Below, piece after piece: positions 1 through 11,609 of a DNA stretch of 64,000 nucleotides. This DNA comes from Euprymna scolopes (lineage: Eukaryota): the NCBI GenBank assembly GCA_053919585.1, contig CM132788.1. The stretch is one strand, 5' to 3'. The position numbers and the translations under genes were made by a program. Under the pieces are notes generated by a model. The model saw nothing but the letters and a program-made list of their open reading frames with translations, was not told where the DNA came from and made no database searches. The number at the start of each line of letters is the position of its first letter. Within the stretch, counting starts at the first letter, position 1.

Positions 1-722
1 TCGACTGAAAATGCAAATTAAGCTGGAGAAGGTAAAACTCACTCCGGCAAATTTCAACGACAGGTTGGTGAAAGTTTCGCGACTGTAGATTGAATGGAGC
101 AAATCTTGAGTTCTTTTTATGAGTTTGCTTAGGTTTCAAGGATTTTGGGTGACCTGAACAAACAGACATGCATCGGACCACCTAGAATAGGCTAGTTAGG
201 CAGTTTTGTTCGATTTTTAACTTAGCTAAAGTTATGCACGTTATCATCGTTCCATACCCCTTTTAGTTTGCCCCGGTCCCATCACCCGTTTTTTTTTTCT
301 CCCACCTCTTTTGGTTAAATACCCCCCACTCCCGGCCCCATTAGGTAACGGATAGACTTTTGTCAGTTATGTAGGCCATTTTTGTGGCGTTTTCAATAAA
401 GTTTTTGAGGGACCTACATCTTTTCGACTGACAAAACTTTCGGCCTGCAACAATTAGTAGTGAGGGGGGTTCCTTTACCAAACCACTTTTTCATCTGTAA
501 AGCTCGTTCGTTATTGTAAAGATTTATCCCCAACCCCCCACATCATGTATATATATATTTGTAATTTTCGGTTTTAAATAGGATGTCCTGAGTGATTCTG
601 ATATTTTGGTGAAAGTCTAGTTAACGTTATGTTAGATAGGTCAACATTAACCCCCACTCTCCTTTTTCGGCCTTGTGCCACATTTTTATAGTGAATTTTT
701 ATTTTTTGCAAAATAAAAATAT
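1..722 (+). mobile_element. 3' end (ORF2 C-terminus and 3' UTR) of Tx1/L1-clade family A, truncated by the window start
   Basis: Colinear with the reverse complement of 48904-49650: translates RLKMQIKLEKVKLTPANFNDRLVKVSRL, shares UTR blocks, and ends TTCGGCCTTGTGCCACATTTTT...AATAAA. Confidence 0.9.
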
Positions 723-1039
723 TTACCCCCATTAGGAGTCAAACATTTTACAAACTTTTTTTTTTTTTTTTTTTTTTTTTTAAACAAAGTTACTTAATTG
801 CTTTTATTCTTAAAACAAGGTTATTTTTTGTTTTTAAAATGTGTTCCATGTGAAGCCCCTACTCAACAACACAAAATTGTTTTTTTCTTTTTAAAGTTTA
901 AAGTTAAAGACTTACTGCATCTTTCAAATAGATGTGCTTCATGGGAATCTTCTCTAATAATTTAAAATGCTAAGAAATGAAAATTTCATTTTCTTTGAAA
1001 TCCTTTCATTTTTTATATTTTAAATATTGGAAAGCATAC

Positions 1040-1105
1040 AATGCGGCCCAGTAAGATTTGAATTTTTTAATGCGGCCCTTGCACTGAAAAGTTTGCCCAC
1101 CCCTA
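1040..1105. mobile_element. Terminus of a hAT (Charlie-like) DNA transposon remnant
   Basis: Two ATGCGGCCC subterminal repeats followed by AAAAGTTTGCCCACCCCTA, resembling the (C)AGGGGTGGGCAAACT-type TIR. The partner end was not found. Confidence 0.55.
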
Positions 1106-4100
1106 GATTAGAAGAATCAGATATAATAGAGTTGGAAATGAAGTAGAAATACTAAGCTGATAGATCCAATCAGACTTTTAGAATGTCAAGTCTGTTTGAA
1201 GTAAGAGCTGAAGTGGGCTGCTTAGCGACCATGAATCTTTCACGACCTACAGGTGGATCCCTGTGGCAAAGCACTACAACATCCTAAATTTAGACTTCAC
1301 TACCATATGTAGTTTTTGATAATGCTCAGCATCACCCAGTGTGGAAAAAAATTTTTTTTTTAAATCACTGAGCGTTCGAACGACAAATTAACATGTTCAG
1401 TTCGATTCGGTTCCCCAAACTTGATTGCAAGTTTTTTTTGGTTTTTTTTATAACATCTTTTTTGGGGATGAAGCCTAATTAACATAAATGCATATCAAAC
1501 TACAGATTCAATGGATAAGTCTATAATGGACAAGACTCGTTTAAATTTATGGTTTTGATTGTTACACAGCATCAAAGGGTTATTTAATGTCAAATGGAAT
1601 ACTGTAGCTTCCACAAACAGTAAGATTGGTAACATTACTTTGGGAAAACGTTACTCTCAGAATGATTTGGTTTATTGTACAGCATATCAACAATCCATTC
1701 CTCTTAGAACATTACTCTTCGGCAATAGTATTTTGTTCAAGATTGTCACTGCTTTATAGTGTATTTGAGATGAAATAATAGGGGATTTTATTATTTTTTT
1801 TTTAAGATTTAGTATGAATCTATAGATACTATGACATAAGCTTTTTGATAGGATCAAATCTCCAATCTAGCTAAAGGGCTGAAATGGACTGCTCAGCCAC
1901 CATGATCCTGTTCTAAGGTATCATAGTATGGCAATTCACGACTTACAAGTAGCAACGTTATCGAGGGAGTTTAACTCCTCTACATGGGGCTGCAGTCAGC
2001 AAATTCGTTATCCCACAAACGACAATTTAACTTAATGTTAATGCATAAGTAACGAAACTGAATCAAACAACTTGGGTTCAGCTTATCAAATTACTTGCAC
2101 TAATATCGTTGAGAAAACTATGGACTAGTTGATGCATACCTATCAGTGAAACATTACGCTAAATTAAACTCGTGTTTGCATAGCATTAAACATGGTCTGC
2201 TCAGTCGTGAAAGATTAGAAGAGCAACACAATTTCACTGCAGTCATGGAGGCGGGCTGCAGGGGTGGCATATGCCAACTTGAAACTCGACCGATGGGACA
2301 TGAAAAGGCGAGAAATTAGGTTCGATCACGTCTTAATTTGCATGAGAGAATATAAGGCTGGCAGTGAAGATGTTGGTCGAAATAAGCTCTCGAGAACTGG
2401 ACTGAACGTGTTAGAATGGAGAATGTTCGAATGCTGCCAAGAATTCAGTCCAGTTTTTTTTGTTAGAACCAAAACATCTGCAAGTATCCCAGCAATCTTC
2501 ATTCTTGCCTCCATTGTGGGTTTGTTTGCAGATCTCTTGCGGGACTCACATGCCATTTACGATGGAGATGTAAGCATGCTACATAGAATTAAACAAGATC
2601 TCATGTCAAAATCGATGGGAGAGTCCATGATTTAGTCAGTAGTCTATAATGATTATATTTTTATCCATTGATGAGACTGAAATATCACTCCGTTGTAACA
2701 AGATTTAGACTCAAAGCTCCCAAGTTAGGGACTATGAACAGATGTAGTTTAACGTCATTCCGGAGAGTTATAATTCTTTAATGAGGAAGCATTTATGCCT
2801 TTCAGTAGAATATTTTTAGCGTTGTAGAGTGATAACACTCCTCACTACAGTGATGAACTAAATTACAAAAATATGGTTTAGATTTGTTTTATGGCATATC
2901 AACAATCTTATGCTGAATAAAGTTGTCAAATATAATTCTTCAGGCAGGGTAATTATTTATGCTCTTTAATGTATTGTTTGAAGAAAATTTTATTGGCGAG
3001 AGTGGAATATTAATCTTTCCAAATCTTAGTAAGAGGATGGGACGTTTCAGAAAACATCGCTTTGTATAACAATTTTCATGCACCGGACAGCACCAGATAA
3101 CCTTGCTAGTCGAAAATTCGGGTGGTCGGCGGTCGTGCGTGTTTGCCATGTGGTTTAAAAAAAAAAAAAAAAAAAAAAATCTCAGATGTACAAAAGTTTC
3201 TGTATAAGAAAAATAAAATCTCAAACGAAAAGGTTGGTTGAAATCAGAAATCGTCCCTTATGGCCATGTCTTGATTAAAGACGAATTTGAAAACATGACT
3301 TTCGATAGCAAAGATTCATATACACCTATCAAGCGAAAAAAAAAAAAAACACCAAAATGTAGATAATCGAATTAATATATGGAAATACACGACGGAAGGG
3401 GGATAGTGTGAAAGAAAATTAAATATCGATTAAGAAAGAGATAGATTTCGGAAGAAAAGGACAAAGATTCAGAAGAAAAGAGGTTAGCGAGCAGAGGGAA
3501 ATGGTAATCTCGCCTAGAGAGCAGAATCTCAATGAGATTGATTTGGAGTTCCCATAAAACTTTAGCAGATAGGATAGACTTGCATGCTGGTCTCGAAAGG
3601 GGACAAGTCAGCATTTTGGAGCTGATGGTTGTAATCTAAGCCAGAGATAGATATGAAGGAGCTAAATGAACAAACCCTTTCTTCCTCCTCAGAGAAATCA
3701 AAGAATTTAAGAGGCAAATTCGCATCTTGAAACAGTTTGTTTCAGTCCAGAAGAACATGAGTAGTTTAATTTTTCTTGCACAAATTATATCTGGAACTAT
3801 TATAGAATAATTTTTGTTTATAAGACAGTGACCTCTAAAGATTTGGATTGCTTTAATCTTCGGAAAATAATCCAGTTAATTTCTGGATCTACACTGAAAC
3901 CTGACACCTGGACTGCAACTGTTAGAGGGCCATGTTCGATCAGTGCACCTGTGAGAGAACTCCATTGATTGACAACGAATGACTAGAGTTCTGAGCATTA
4001 GAGCCGTAATTCCAGTATGTCTGGGTACGTTTTGAAAGGTGAATAAGATAAAAATGTAGCCACTGCAATTTAGGGTTAGTGCCTATGTGCAGAGGTCGAC

Positions 4101-4636
4101 AACACACCCATGCCGGCCTGCTTACACTAATTGGTCCATGACAATTGTGCGACAACTCTTAGACATGGTTATATTTGAAAACCTTACTCTTTAGCATTGG
4201 TATTTTTTGTTCTTAAAATGACTGACCCTCAGCCCACACATTCTTGTTTCTATTTGAAGGAGCGAGTATGCGATTTGGTATATTTTATTGTTATTGTATC
4301 TTGTTACCGTATATTCTGAAAGCAAAATATTTAGAAGCGTTTAGAGACCAGTTACAATGCAGATTTTTAAATTAGCATTTTAACTTGACTCATTTGGTTA
4401 CTTAGCGATAGTCTTCTGATCTTAGAGATGGATCATGTTATGCATGCAGAAAACTGGTCGATGAACTGTAATCGAACATAAAAGCCATAATCTTAGAAAA
4501 GGCTGTTGTGTAGATCTTGGGTAAGTCTTTCAAACCTTGAAACTTCCCGTTTTATTTCAGCTGTAGTAAGCTAGACAACGTGTAGATGGCTCATTGTTGT
4601 CTAAAGTAAGAGAGGGGGCTGTTGGGAAAACAAAAG

Positions 4637-4771
4637 GCTTACTTCTCAAGGTGTGCGTCTTAGGATTAAGAAAGAAAAAGAATCCAAGATGGCGCCTATA
4701 GTTTTTATAACATGGTCTTGCAAAGTCATACCACATGCATGCAAATGCGGGTTACCTGGGTTTTATAAAAG
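4637..4771. promoter_or_regulatory. Putative divergent Pol II promoter module, copy 1
   Basis: Plus strand: ATGCAAAT (4739-4746), 17 nt, TATAAAAG (4764-4771). Minus strand: TATAAAAA (4709-4702), YY1-like CGCCATCTTGG (4694-4684), donor GTAAGC (4642-4637). Confidence 0.55.
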
Positions 4772-5244
4772 CAGCTTGCATTGAGGTGGAAAAAAGCACG
4801 AGAAATCTTAATGATTGCTCATCACCTTGTTGGTTTACATTGAACTTTGGCACATGTGTTTGGACTGCTGGTACGATTTTTTGTGGAACTTTTAACGGAA
4901 AGATTTGAGAATTAATAGGTGGAATTTTTGTAAGGTGATTTGTAGCGTTTTTTATGAAGTAACTTATCGCTGACAGTTCCAATAGAGCATTTTTCCAGTG
5001 TGTTAAGCATCAATAAATAATTTAATCAGCTTTTTATTTTTAGTTCATTTGATGTCGCATCAAGTTGGAATTTTGGGAAAAAAATTTTTAAAACATTCTT
5101 AAAAAAAAAAAAAAAAAAAATTTACACATTTAACGTTTTGTATGTATTAATGATTTCTACAACCTGCGCCTCCACTTCTAGTATAATGCACTGTTCTAGG
5201 CAAGATTTAATTTTTTTATTTTCGTACTTGGGAGGGGTACTATC

Positions 5245-5420
5245 ACTTTAGGTAAGAATCAACCTGGAAATAATTCCAACTAATGAGTGAGACCAATTGG
5301 CTTTCAGGTGGAGTAAGTTCATTGCTTACTATCTCGGGTGCCCTGAGCAGGGAATGCTAACCGGGATGCTCAGGCAATTTTCTAGGCAAGAGTGCCTCTC
5401 CTTTAAGGAAGTTTTCTTTG
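5245..5420 (+). repeat. Unclassified dispersed repeat with splice-donor and Sm-like motifs, copy 1 of 4
   Basis: GGCTTTCAGGTGGAGTAAGTTCATTGCTTAC...GGGAATGC...TGCTCAGGCAATTTT...GAGTGCCTCTCC aligns with 19585-19770, 15815-15920 and 63580-63680. Confidence 0.7.
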
Positions 5421-5557
5421 AAAAAAAAAAAAAAAAAAAACTTTGCTTTCGAAAGTATTACAGACATTTCTAACCTGGAGATTTCCCAGTTGTAAGACCA
5501 AGAGATGAAGCAAATAAACTTGAACCAAACAGTGCTGATCGGGTCCCTATTAAATGC

Positions 5558-6158
5558 GACCTTCAACGCCTCGGAGTGGATATATGCTGCTTGCAGGAGA
5601 CCTACTTTATTCCTAGTGATTATCAGGATGTGCTGCTTAGAGACTCAGCTCTATTCAGCATATTTTGATGACCACTGGGGGGGGGGAGGAGAGGCTCCTG
5701 GCTAGTTAAGCACATTCTTAATGTGTCGTATGTCCTGGTATTTGTAAATCCTGAAAGAAGGCTGTGCATTGTAAATCTTACCATAAAGGATGTAGCATTT
5801 CGATTTATTAGGGTTTATGCACCCAATAACCATACTGAGCTGGTTTCTTTTGGAGGGGAGGCGGATTGAGCCCTGTATGAATACGTCCCATTGGACAGTT
5901 CTAGGAGACTGGAACGCGGTACTGGATGCCGATTTAGATCGGGGGGGGGGGGTTAACTCCCCCAGAACTACTAACCAGAACTGGGATGTTAAAGCATTGA
6001 GATTTTATCGACGAGCGATCTGGTCAATAAATTTTGAAATGCAAAAACCCGGAGACATAGTATGGATTTAGACAGGTAGATGCAGCTCTGATCCAGTTCA
6101 GCTCTCGAGTTATGTCGATCGGTTCTCCAAGTTTTCACAGTATAGTTTATTCAGATCA
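5558..6158 (+). pseudogene. Decayed APE endonuclease fragment of Tx1 family A
   Basis: Translates DLQRLGVDICCLQETYFIPSDYQDVLLRD, VLGDWNAVLDADLDRG, KPGDIVW and QLSSYVDRF, matching ORF 51781-52659; frameshifted. Confidence 0.9.
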
Positions 6159-6249
6159 GACTCTTTTGGAGCAATTTGCATAAGTGACTTAATGCCAATC
6201 ACCCACTATTACTTGAGAGGCTAGGTATAAAAAAAAAAAAATTTAACTT

Positions 6250-9200
6250 TCGACAGAAGAGTCTGGAAAAATTTACTGAAAGGAATGAAAACACTTCTCA
6301 CCTCTGCTACCTAATTTTCTGCAAAAAGAAAGAATATTCTCCAGGGCAACCGTTTTGGAAACTACCAAACTGATATGAGTATTACTAATATTTGCAATTA
6401 TAATTGAGTATAATTTGTCTTTGAATGCAATAACTTGGTCTTAATTGCCTTCATTCAAAAAACGGAAGGTTCTATAAATTTCCAAAAAGTTAGAAATAAG
6501 AAAAGTTCCAAAGTGGTTAAAAAGACAAATTCCCGGGTCATTTTACAGCAAAAAATTTGAAAGAAACAAAAATGACATTTGATTTGAACTGCTAAACAGC
6601 GAGAAACGAGTCCCTCCTCTAAAAAAAACCCCCAAAAACTTTCAGATTGGTTTGAACTTGAACAGATTGTTTCCTCAAAGGATTTACCTCGAGGACATTA
6701 AATCATTTAATGGCTATTAAGGAAGACTAACATGGGATTTAGTAAATACCTTTTGGGAGAACAAGAGGCTGAGGACATGACTGTCAGATGTGAGAGAAGT
6801 TACGAGCTACCCATATAAGGAAGGTTACCATGTACTTTAATAGCCTATTGGCAACAGGATAAACAAACCCTTATTACTTGTGTAAAAAACGAGAGCCATT
6901 GACGATGAATATCTAAAATTAATTATTGGAATGAGGTAATTAATACCTTTATGCAATAGAAATTGATATTAAGGACTAAGAAAGCTTGAAACTAGAATTA
7001 GACAATGGGTGTGGGCAGATATAACTAATGAAGATGTCAAAACTCCAACTGACTTAATGAAACCATAAGTGAGGGAAAACCACCTTTAAATTCTACCAGA
7101 TTTTCTGGAAAGGAAAAGGATAAGTTTGCTTTCCACAATTTTTTTTATTCAGTTTAACAATGTTATCAATTCTAGGAAAAGAATGTCGGATTCTGCTAAA
7201 CTATCTTATTTCCTTGGATATTTAAAGTAAGCCATTTGTCAATAACTGATACAAACTATAAAGATGTTTTAATTTTAAGATTTTAGATAAAGAATTTGAC
7301 GAAACTAATATATTGAAAGCCATGCCGAGTGATGAACATGATCCAGAATTTATAAATATCTGAAATTAAGGCCTACTTATGAGTTAGAATATAAAATTGA
7401 TTTTTTTTTTTTTTGAAGAGGGTTCTTCCGGAAATTTTAATCACTTTATGACTAAACTTCCCAAAATAGTTGTAAAAGAACTAAGTTAATTATTCCTGCT
7501 GAAAGCAAATATTTGAGAACCATAGGGCTGTTTTGAAAACTAACTAGTATCTGGAAGAAATGTTAAAAGGAAAAAATTCACGTGCCTATGAATTTAAAGA
7601 GTTTTAAAATACAAAAGATAACTGCCTATGGTGCAAAATTTCGGAGTACGAGCTGATAAGGCCTTGTATAAACTACGTGCCTCAGGACACTTTCAGAAAG
7701 TGAAATATACCCTAGTTTGTCAGAAAAAAGTTACGGTACTCACCTTCCTGCAGCTTCTGACGGAAATGCTTGGGACTAAGAAGCGAGTGCCTTACTAAGG
7801 ATTATTTTTATTTGCAATCAATGTCCCGTGGCACACGTCTTTTTGGCTGTTTCTTCTTCGCTTCCACAGCTCATGTACATGTTGCATTTCCCTATTAAGA
7901 TCCTTTCGGATCTATTTCCCTGAAAATTACCGGACCTTGGTACAGGAGTTTATTACACGAGGTCACAACATCGGCAATCTGTTGCAAGAAAATTAAGATA
8001 AGGTATTTCTCTTATCCGTCGTTTGCCGTTAGGTGAAATCACATTTTTTCTTCTTGCTAAGGGTCTCCCCTCCCTCTTGTGCCGATGTTTCCCACTGGAA
8101 TTCGGCACAAGTTATGAGGCTAAATTAGCAAAAATCTTAGAATTTTCATTGTGCGCAAGATGTGCTGGTTCAAGTCAATGAATCAGAATGCTATGGGAAA
8201 AGGGCTTGTTAAGGCATCCTTGCCTTATGTTAAAAAATACCTAACTTCCTTGTGTCCTACTCAAAGGGTGTTCTAACTTGTTATGCCTTGAAAAGACGTA
8301 AACATTTGTAATATGCTACCTACTCTTACCTTAAAATGTGGTCATATGCAAAGACAAGTGCGATGCTTAATAGATTGTGGTAGCCAGATCTTTATAACCA
8401 AAGGAGCTGCTCTAGTCTTATGCCAAAATTATAAAGAATTGTTCTCCGAGCATGAGAGAAAAATAAGTTAGGTGGTTGGAGGAGGGTCGGATTCGCTTTG
8501 AACTAAACAAAATCGGTGACGTTTGACTCTTGCTTATATCTACTACTGCTTCAAGTGCTTGCATGTGAATGGCTTACTATTTAAAGGATTGGTTCCATTG
8601 GGGCAGAGTGCTTAGATGACGGATTCTTTCAGTGGACCTTATTACCAATAATAGTACAGATGCACAGGTTTGTCTCCAAAACTCTTGTTCCTTTACTCCT
8701 AATCAAAACTGAGGGGCGCAATCTTGCAAAATTTCACAACCGTTGTCCTACTTTGATCTACCTACTTTTTGATGTTGGAGACTTTTTCGACAAGATTTAA
8801 TGAGTTCCATATTAAAGTTGTTTTACCCAAATGTAATGTTAGATATTAATCAGGCCTTAGCGATAAACTTAAATAGTGAATACGACAAAAATAGGTTTTG
8901 TTTTTCTGAAAGAAAAACAAAACCTATTTTTGTTATAGATATAAAAGAATAGTGTTCGCATATAAATCATCGCCCTTTATATTCAATTATGTAATGAAAC
9001 ATGTTAAGTTTTACCCAAAAGATAAATGCAGCGCAGCGAAATCTTGGGCAATAACTTAGTAACTGATATGGGGGGGGGAGTTGAAGGAAAATGAAAAGAT
9101 GACCATAGTCTTTTAATGTCCAGTCTTGCAGTTCTCGAAAAATCACGTCTTACGTGATTTTGAGGTGAGCCCGGGAACCATAAAAGCTGGAGGGTGGAGG

Positions 9201-11600
9201 AGCTTTCAGACCCGTTTACACTGAACATCGTCAGACTTTTCCGATTCAAATGAAATGAAGGATTTCAATAAAAAATGTTTTGATAGAATGTAGGAAGGTG
9301 GCTTCACCCTAAGGTTATGGATTTCCAATTCAGATGAATAAAGAAACCTAATGAAGGTTGAAGGGGTATTGGTAAATCATGACTATTGATGAAAAGGTGT
9401 TGAATATAACACCGAGAATGATAGTTTAAGATTAGCAACTTGAAAGCCTACAAAGCGGCTAGGGCTTTTTCAGATTTCCAAGGCGTATGACCCCCTTAAT
9501 TTTGCCTTGCCTGTAACCATAAAGGGCAGGGTATTAAATTGGGATCAATGTGCCTAAGGAAATAAGTGACGAAATGAAAATAACTAGAGATTGAAATGTC
9601 ATTTTCAAGAGCTGTAGTTAATGATACTGAATTCTATAGTTTACATATTCTGTGATAGAAGCTTATGGGTTCGTAATATATGCCTGCTTAAATGGAAAAG
9701 CAAGTTCGTTTTTATTTCCTTCGTTAAGAAGGTAATGAACAGTGTCAACTTTGGAACAAATGGAGAAATACTGGCATTGAAACTTATAAAAACATTGTTT
9801 CAATTTATTGATATCCAGGTGGAGGCTCAGGACGTTATAAATTTGTTAATCAAAAAAAAAAAAAAAAAAATCTAAATTTGTTAATGGAATATCAAAAGTA
9901 AACGGATTAATCAAAGCTTTTGGGGATGAATTTAAATAACGAATAATGTTTCACTATGTTTATACAGATCAAAATCCAGCTGATATGTTAAAGGAATATG
10001 GTATGGTAAATGTTTACGAAATAGGAAAGTGGTGATAAGTGTTACAAGAAAGGCCTTCCTTTTCTTGTAAGAAAAACATTACGTAAGTAAAAATGAGATT
10101 AGATTGACCAAGATTCGAACTGCGTAAGCAAGGTTTAGGAATAGGGTCAGAAATGTAATTTTCGCATTGTTCAGTTTTCACATAAAATATTTTAGATATG
10201 TTGTTTGAAAAGGAATTTAATTATTCAATTCTTTTTATGAAAACTGAGTTAAAATAAGGTCAGTTAGAAGAACGAATAGAAAATTAAAAACATTGAAAAA
10301 TAAGTTAGGTCGGAAATAGCTTAGAATTGTCTGCAGAAATGGGTTGGACATGTGCAAACCACGCATGTTTAAGCCATGTGAGTTCAGGCCACGTGAGTCG
10401 AGCACGTTCTTGGATATGTGCATGACGTCATAGAAAATGAATTCTCAATATAGTTTGCTAGTTTTAAGAGATTAGAGACTGGTAGACAGTTGGAGACACG
10501 AGAGACAGCCGACATCGTCAGAGAAGCTGGGTCCCCCTTTGGAAGCGAAGGGTTAAAGTTTTAATCATGTAGTCGACTTTTAATTCCTGGAACCATCATC
10601 ACTGCAACCGGCCGAGTGTAATAAAACACATTTTGTAACTGCGTTGTGTTGTCATTCAACAATTAAAAGGTAATGTGAAACATCCTTTATATGAACATTG
10701 TGTCCACTCGTTATAATGTATAACCCATCTAAGTAATGTGTCCCCTCGCTATTATAAGTAATGGCAGTCCCCTCCTGTGTTATAAGAACTGATAACCCTC
10801 CTCTCTACAATATGTAATAAGTCCAGACTGTAAAATGTATGTCTTATTCTCTCTTCTCCCTCATCAATATACATGTCCGTAAATATGAATGTCCCCATCC
10901 TATCTCTTTAAAAGACCCCAACTACATAACATAAGAACCAAGTTGGCTTACCAATAAATTTAAAGATTGGCTTAAATACCCTTTAATGAGCATATCCTTT
11001 GGTCATAAGAAAAGAGTAAATATTAATTTCAATCAAGTAGTTAAAACAAAAACTGGGATTTGATGTTAAAAAATATTCTGGTTAAAATAAACTGAGTAAC
11101 AAGTATGTTATTCAAACCATTTTGTAAAAAAAAAAATAAATAAATAAAATAAACTGGAAATTTATTTGAGCGAAAATTGGTTAAGGCTAATCCAGACTGA
11201 ACATTTCTCCAAAGAAATTAGCTTGTTGAAATCACAGGACAAAAGTAATATATGTTCCCACTTTGGTCTCAAATTTATAGACTCGAATGGAATTGGGATT
11301 CTTAAATGGAATCTAAAAGGAGAATAAGCAAATGCTTATTTTAACTATGAACTGTATAACCCTGTGTTATTGCTTCATATGGGAACAGGTACCACCCTAA
11401 GTATTTTGCAAAGCCAGAAATAATTGTTCAACCTGTAAAAAGGTATGCTTTTGCATATAAATATCCTAAGCATCATATCAATGTAGTAAGACCCTTCAAC
11501 CATGTTGGAATTGACTGCACAGGTCATTTTTGGGTAAGGGATGAAGTGGGTGGAGGTACAGTGAAAATGTTTGCTTTGATATTTACTCGCCTTAATATGT
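6250..11600 (+). mobile_element. Heavily decayed BEL/Pao LTR retrotransposon (gag-protease-RT/RNaseH-integrase remnants)
   Basis: In order: QFNNVINSRKRMSDSAKLSYFLGYLK (gag, ~7150-7225), MLPTLTLKCG..VRCLIDCGSQ (protease, ~8312-8390), ISKAYDPLNFALPVTIKG (~9475-9530), QNPADML (~9970), RPFNHVGIDCTGHFW...KMFALIFT (integrase, ~11490-11590). Boundaries approximate; no LTR pair found. Confidence 0.8.
10153..10661 (+). repeat. Possible solo-LTR-like insertion inside the BEL/Pao remnant
   Basis: TGT...ACA ends, short CAYGYG repeats, GA-rich tract, AATAAA ~40 nt before the end; interrupts pol between RNaseH and integrase. No TSD confirmed. Confidence 0.35.
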
Positions 11601-11609
11601 CAACTTGAA

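Noticed and set aside
2264-2635. 123-aa ORF and its antisense ORF
   Set aside because: No recognisable motif; non-ATG start; likely chance or an unrecognisable transposon remnant.
10330-10430. CRISPR-like or regular repeat array
   Set aside because: Short degenerate CAYGYG repeats typical of LTR U3 regions; no repeat-spacer structure, and the context is eukaryotic.
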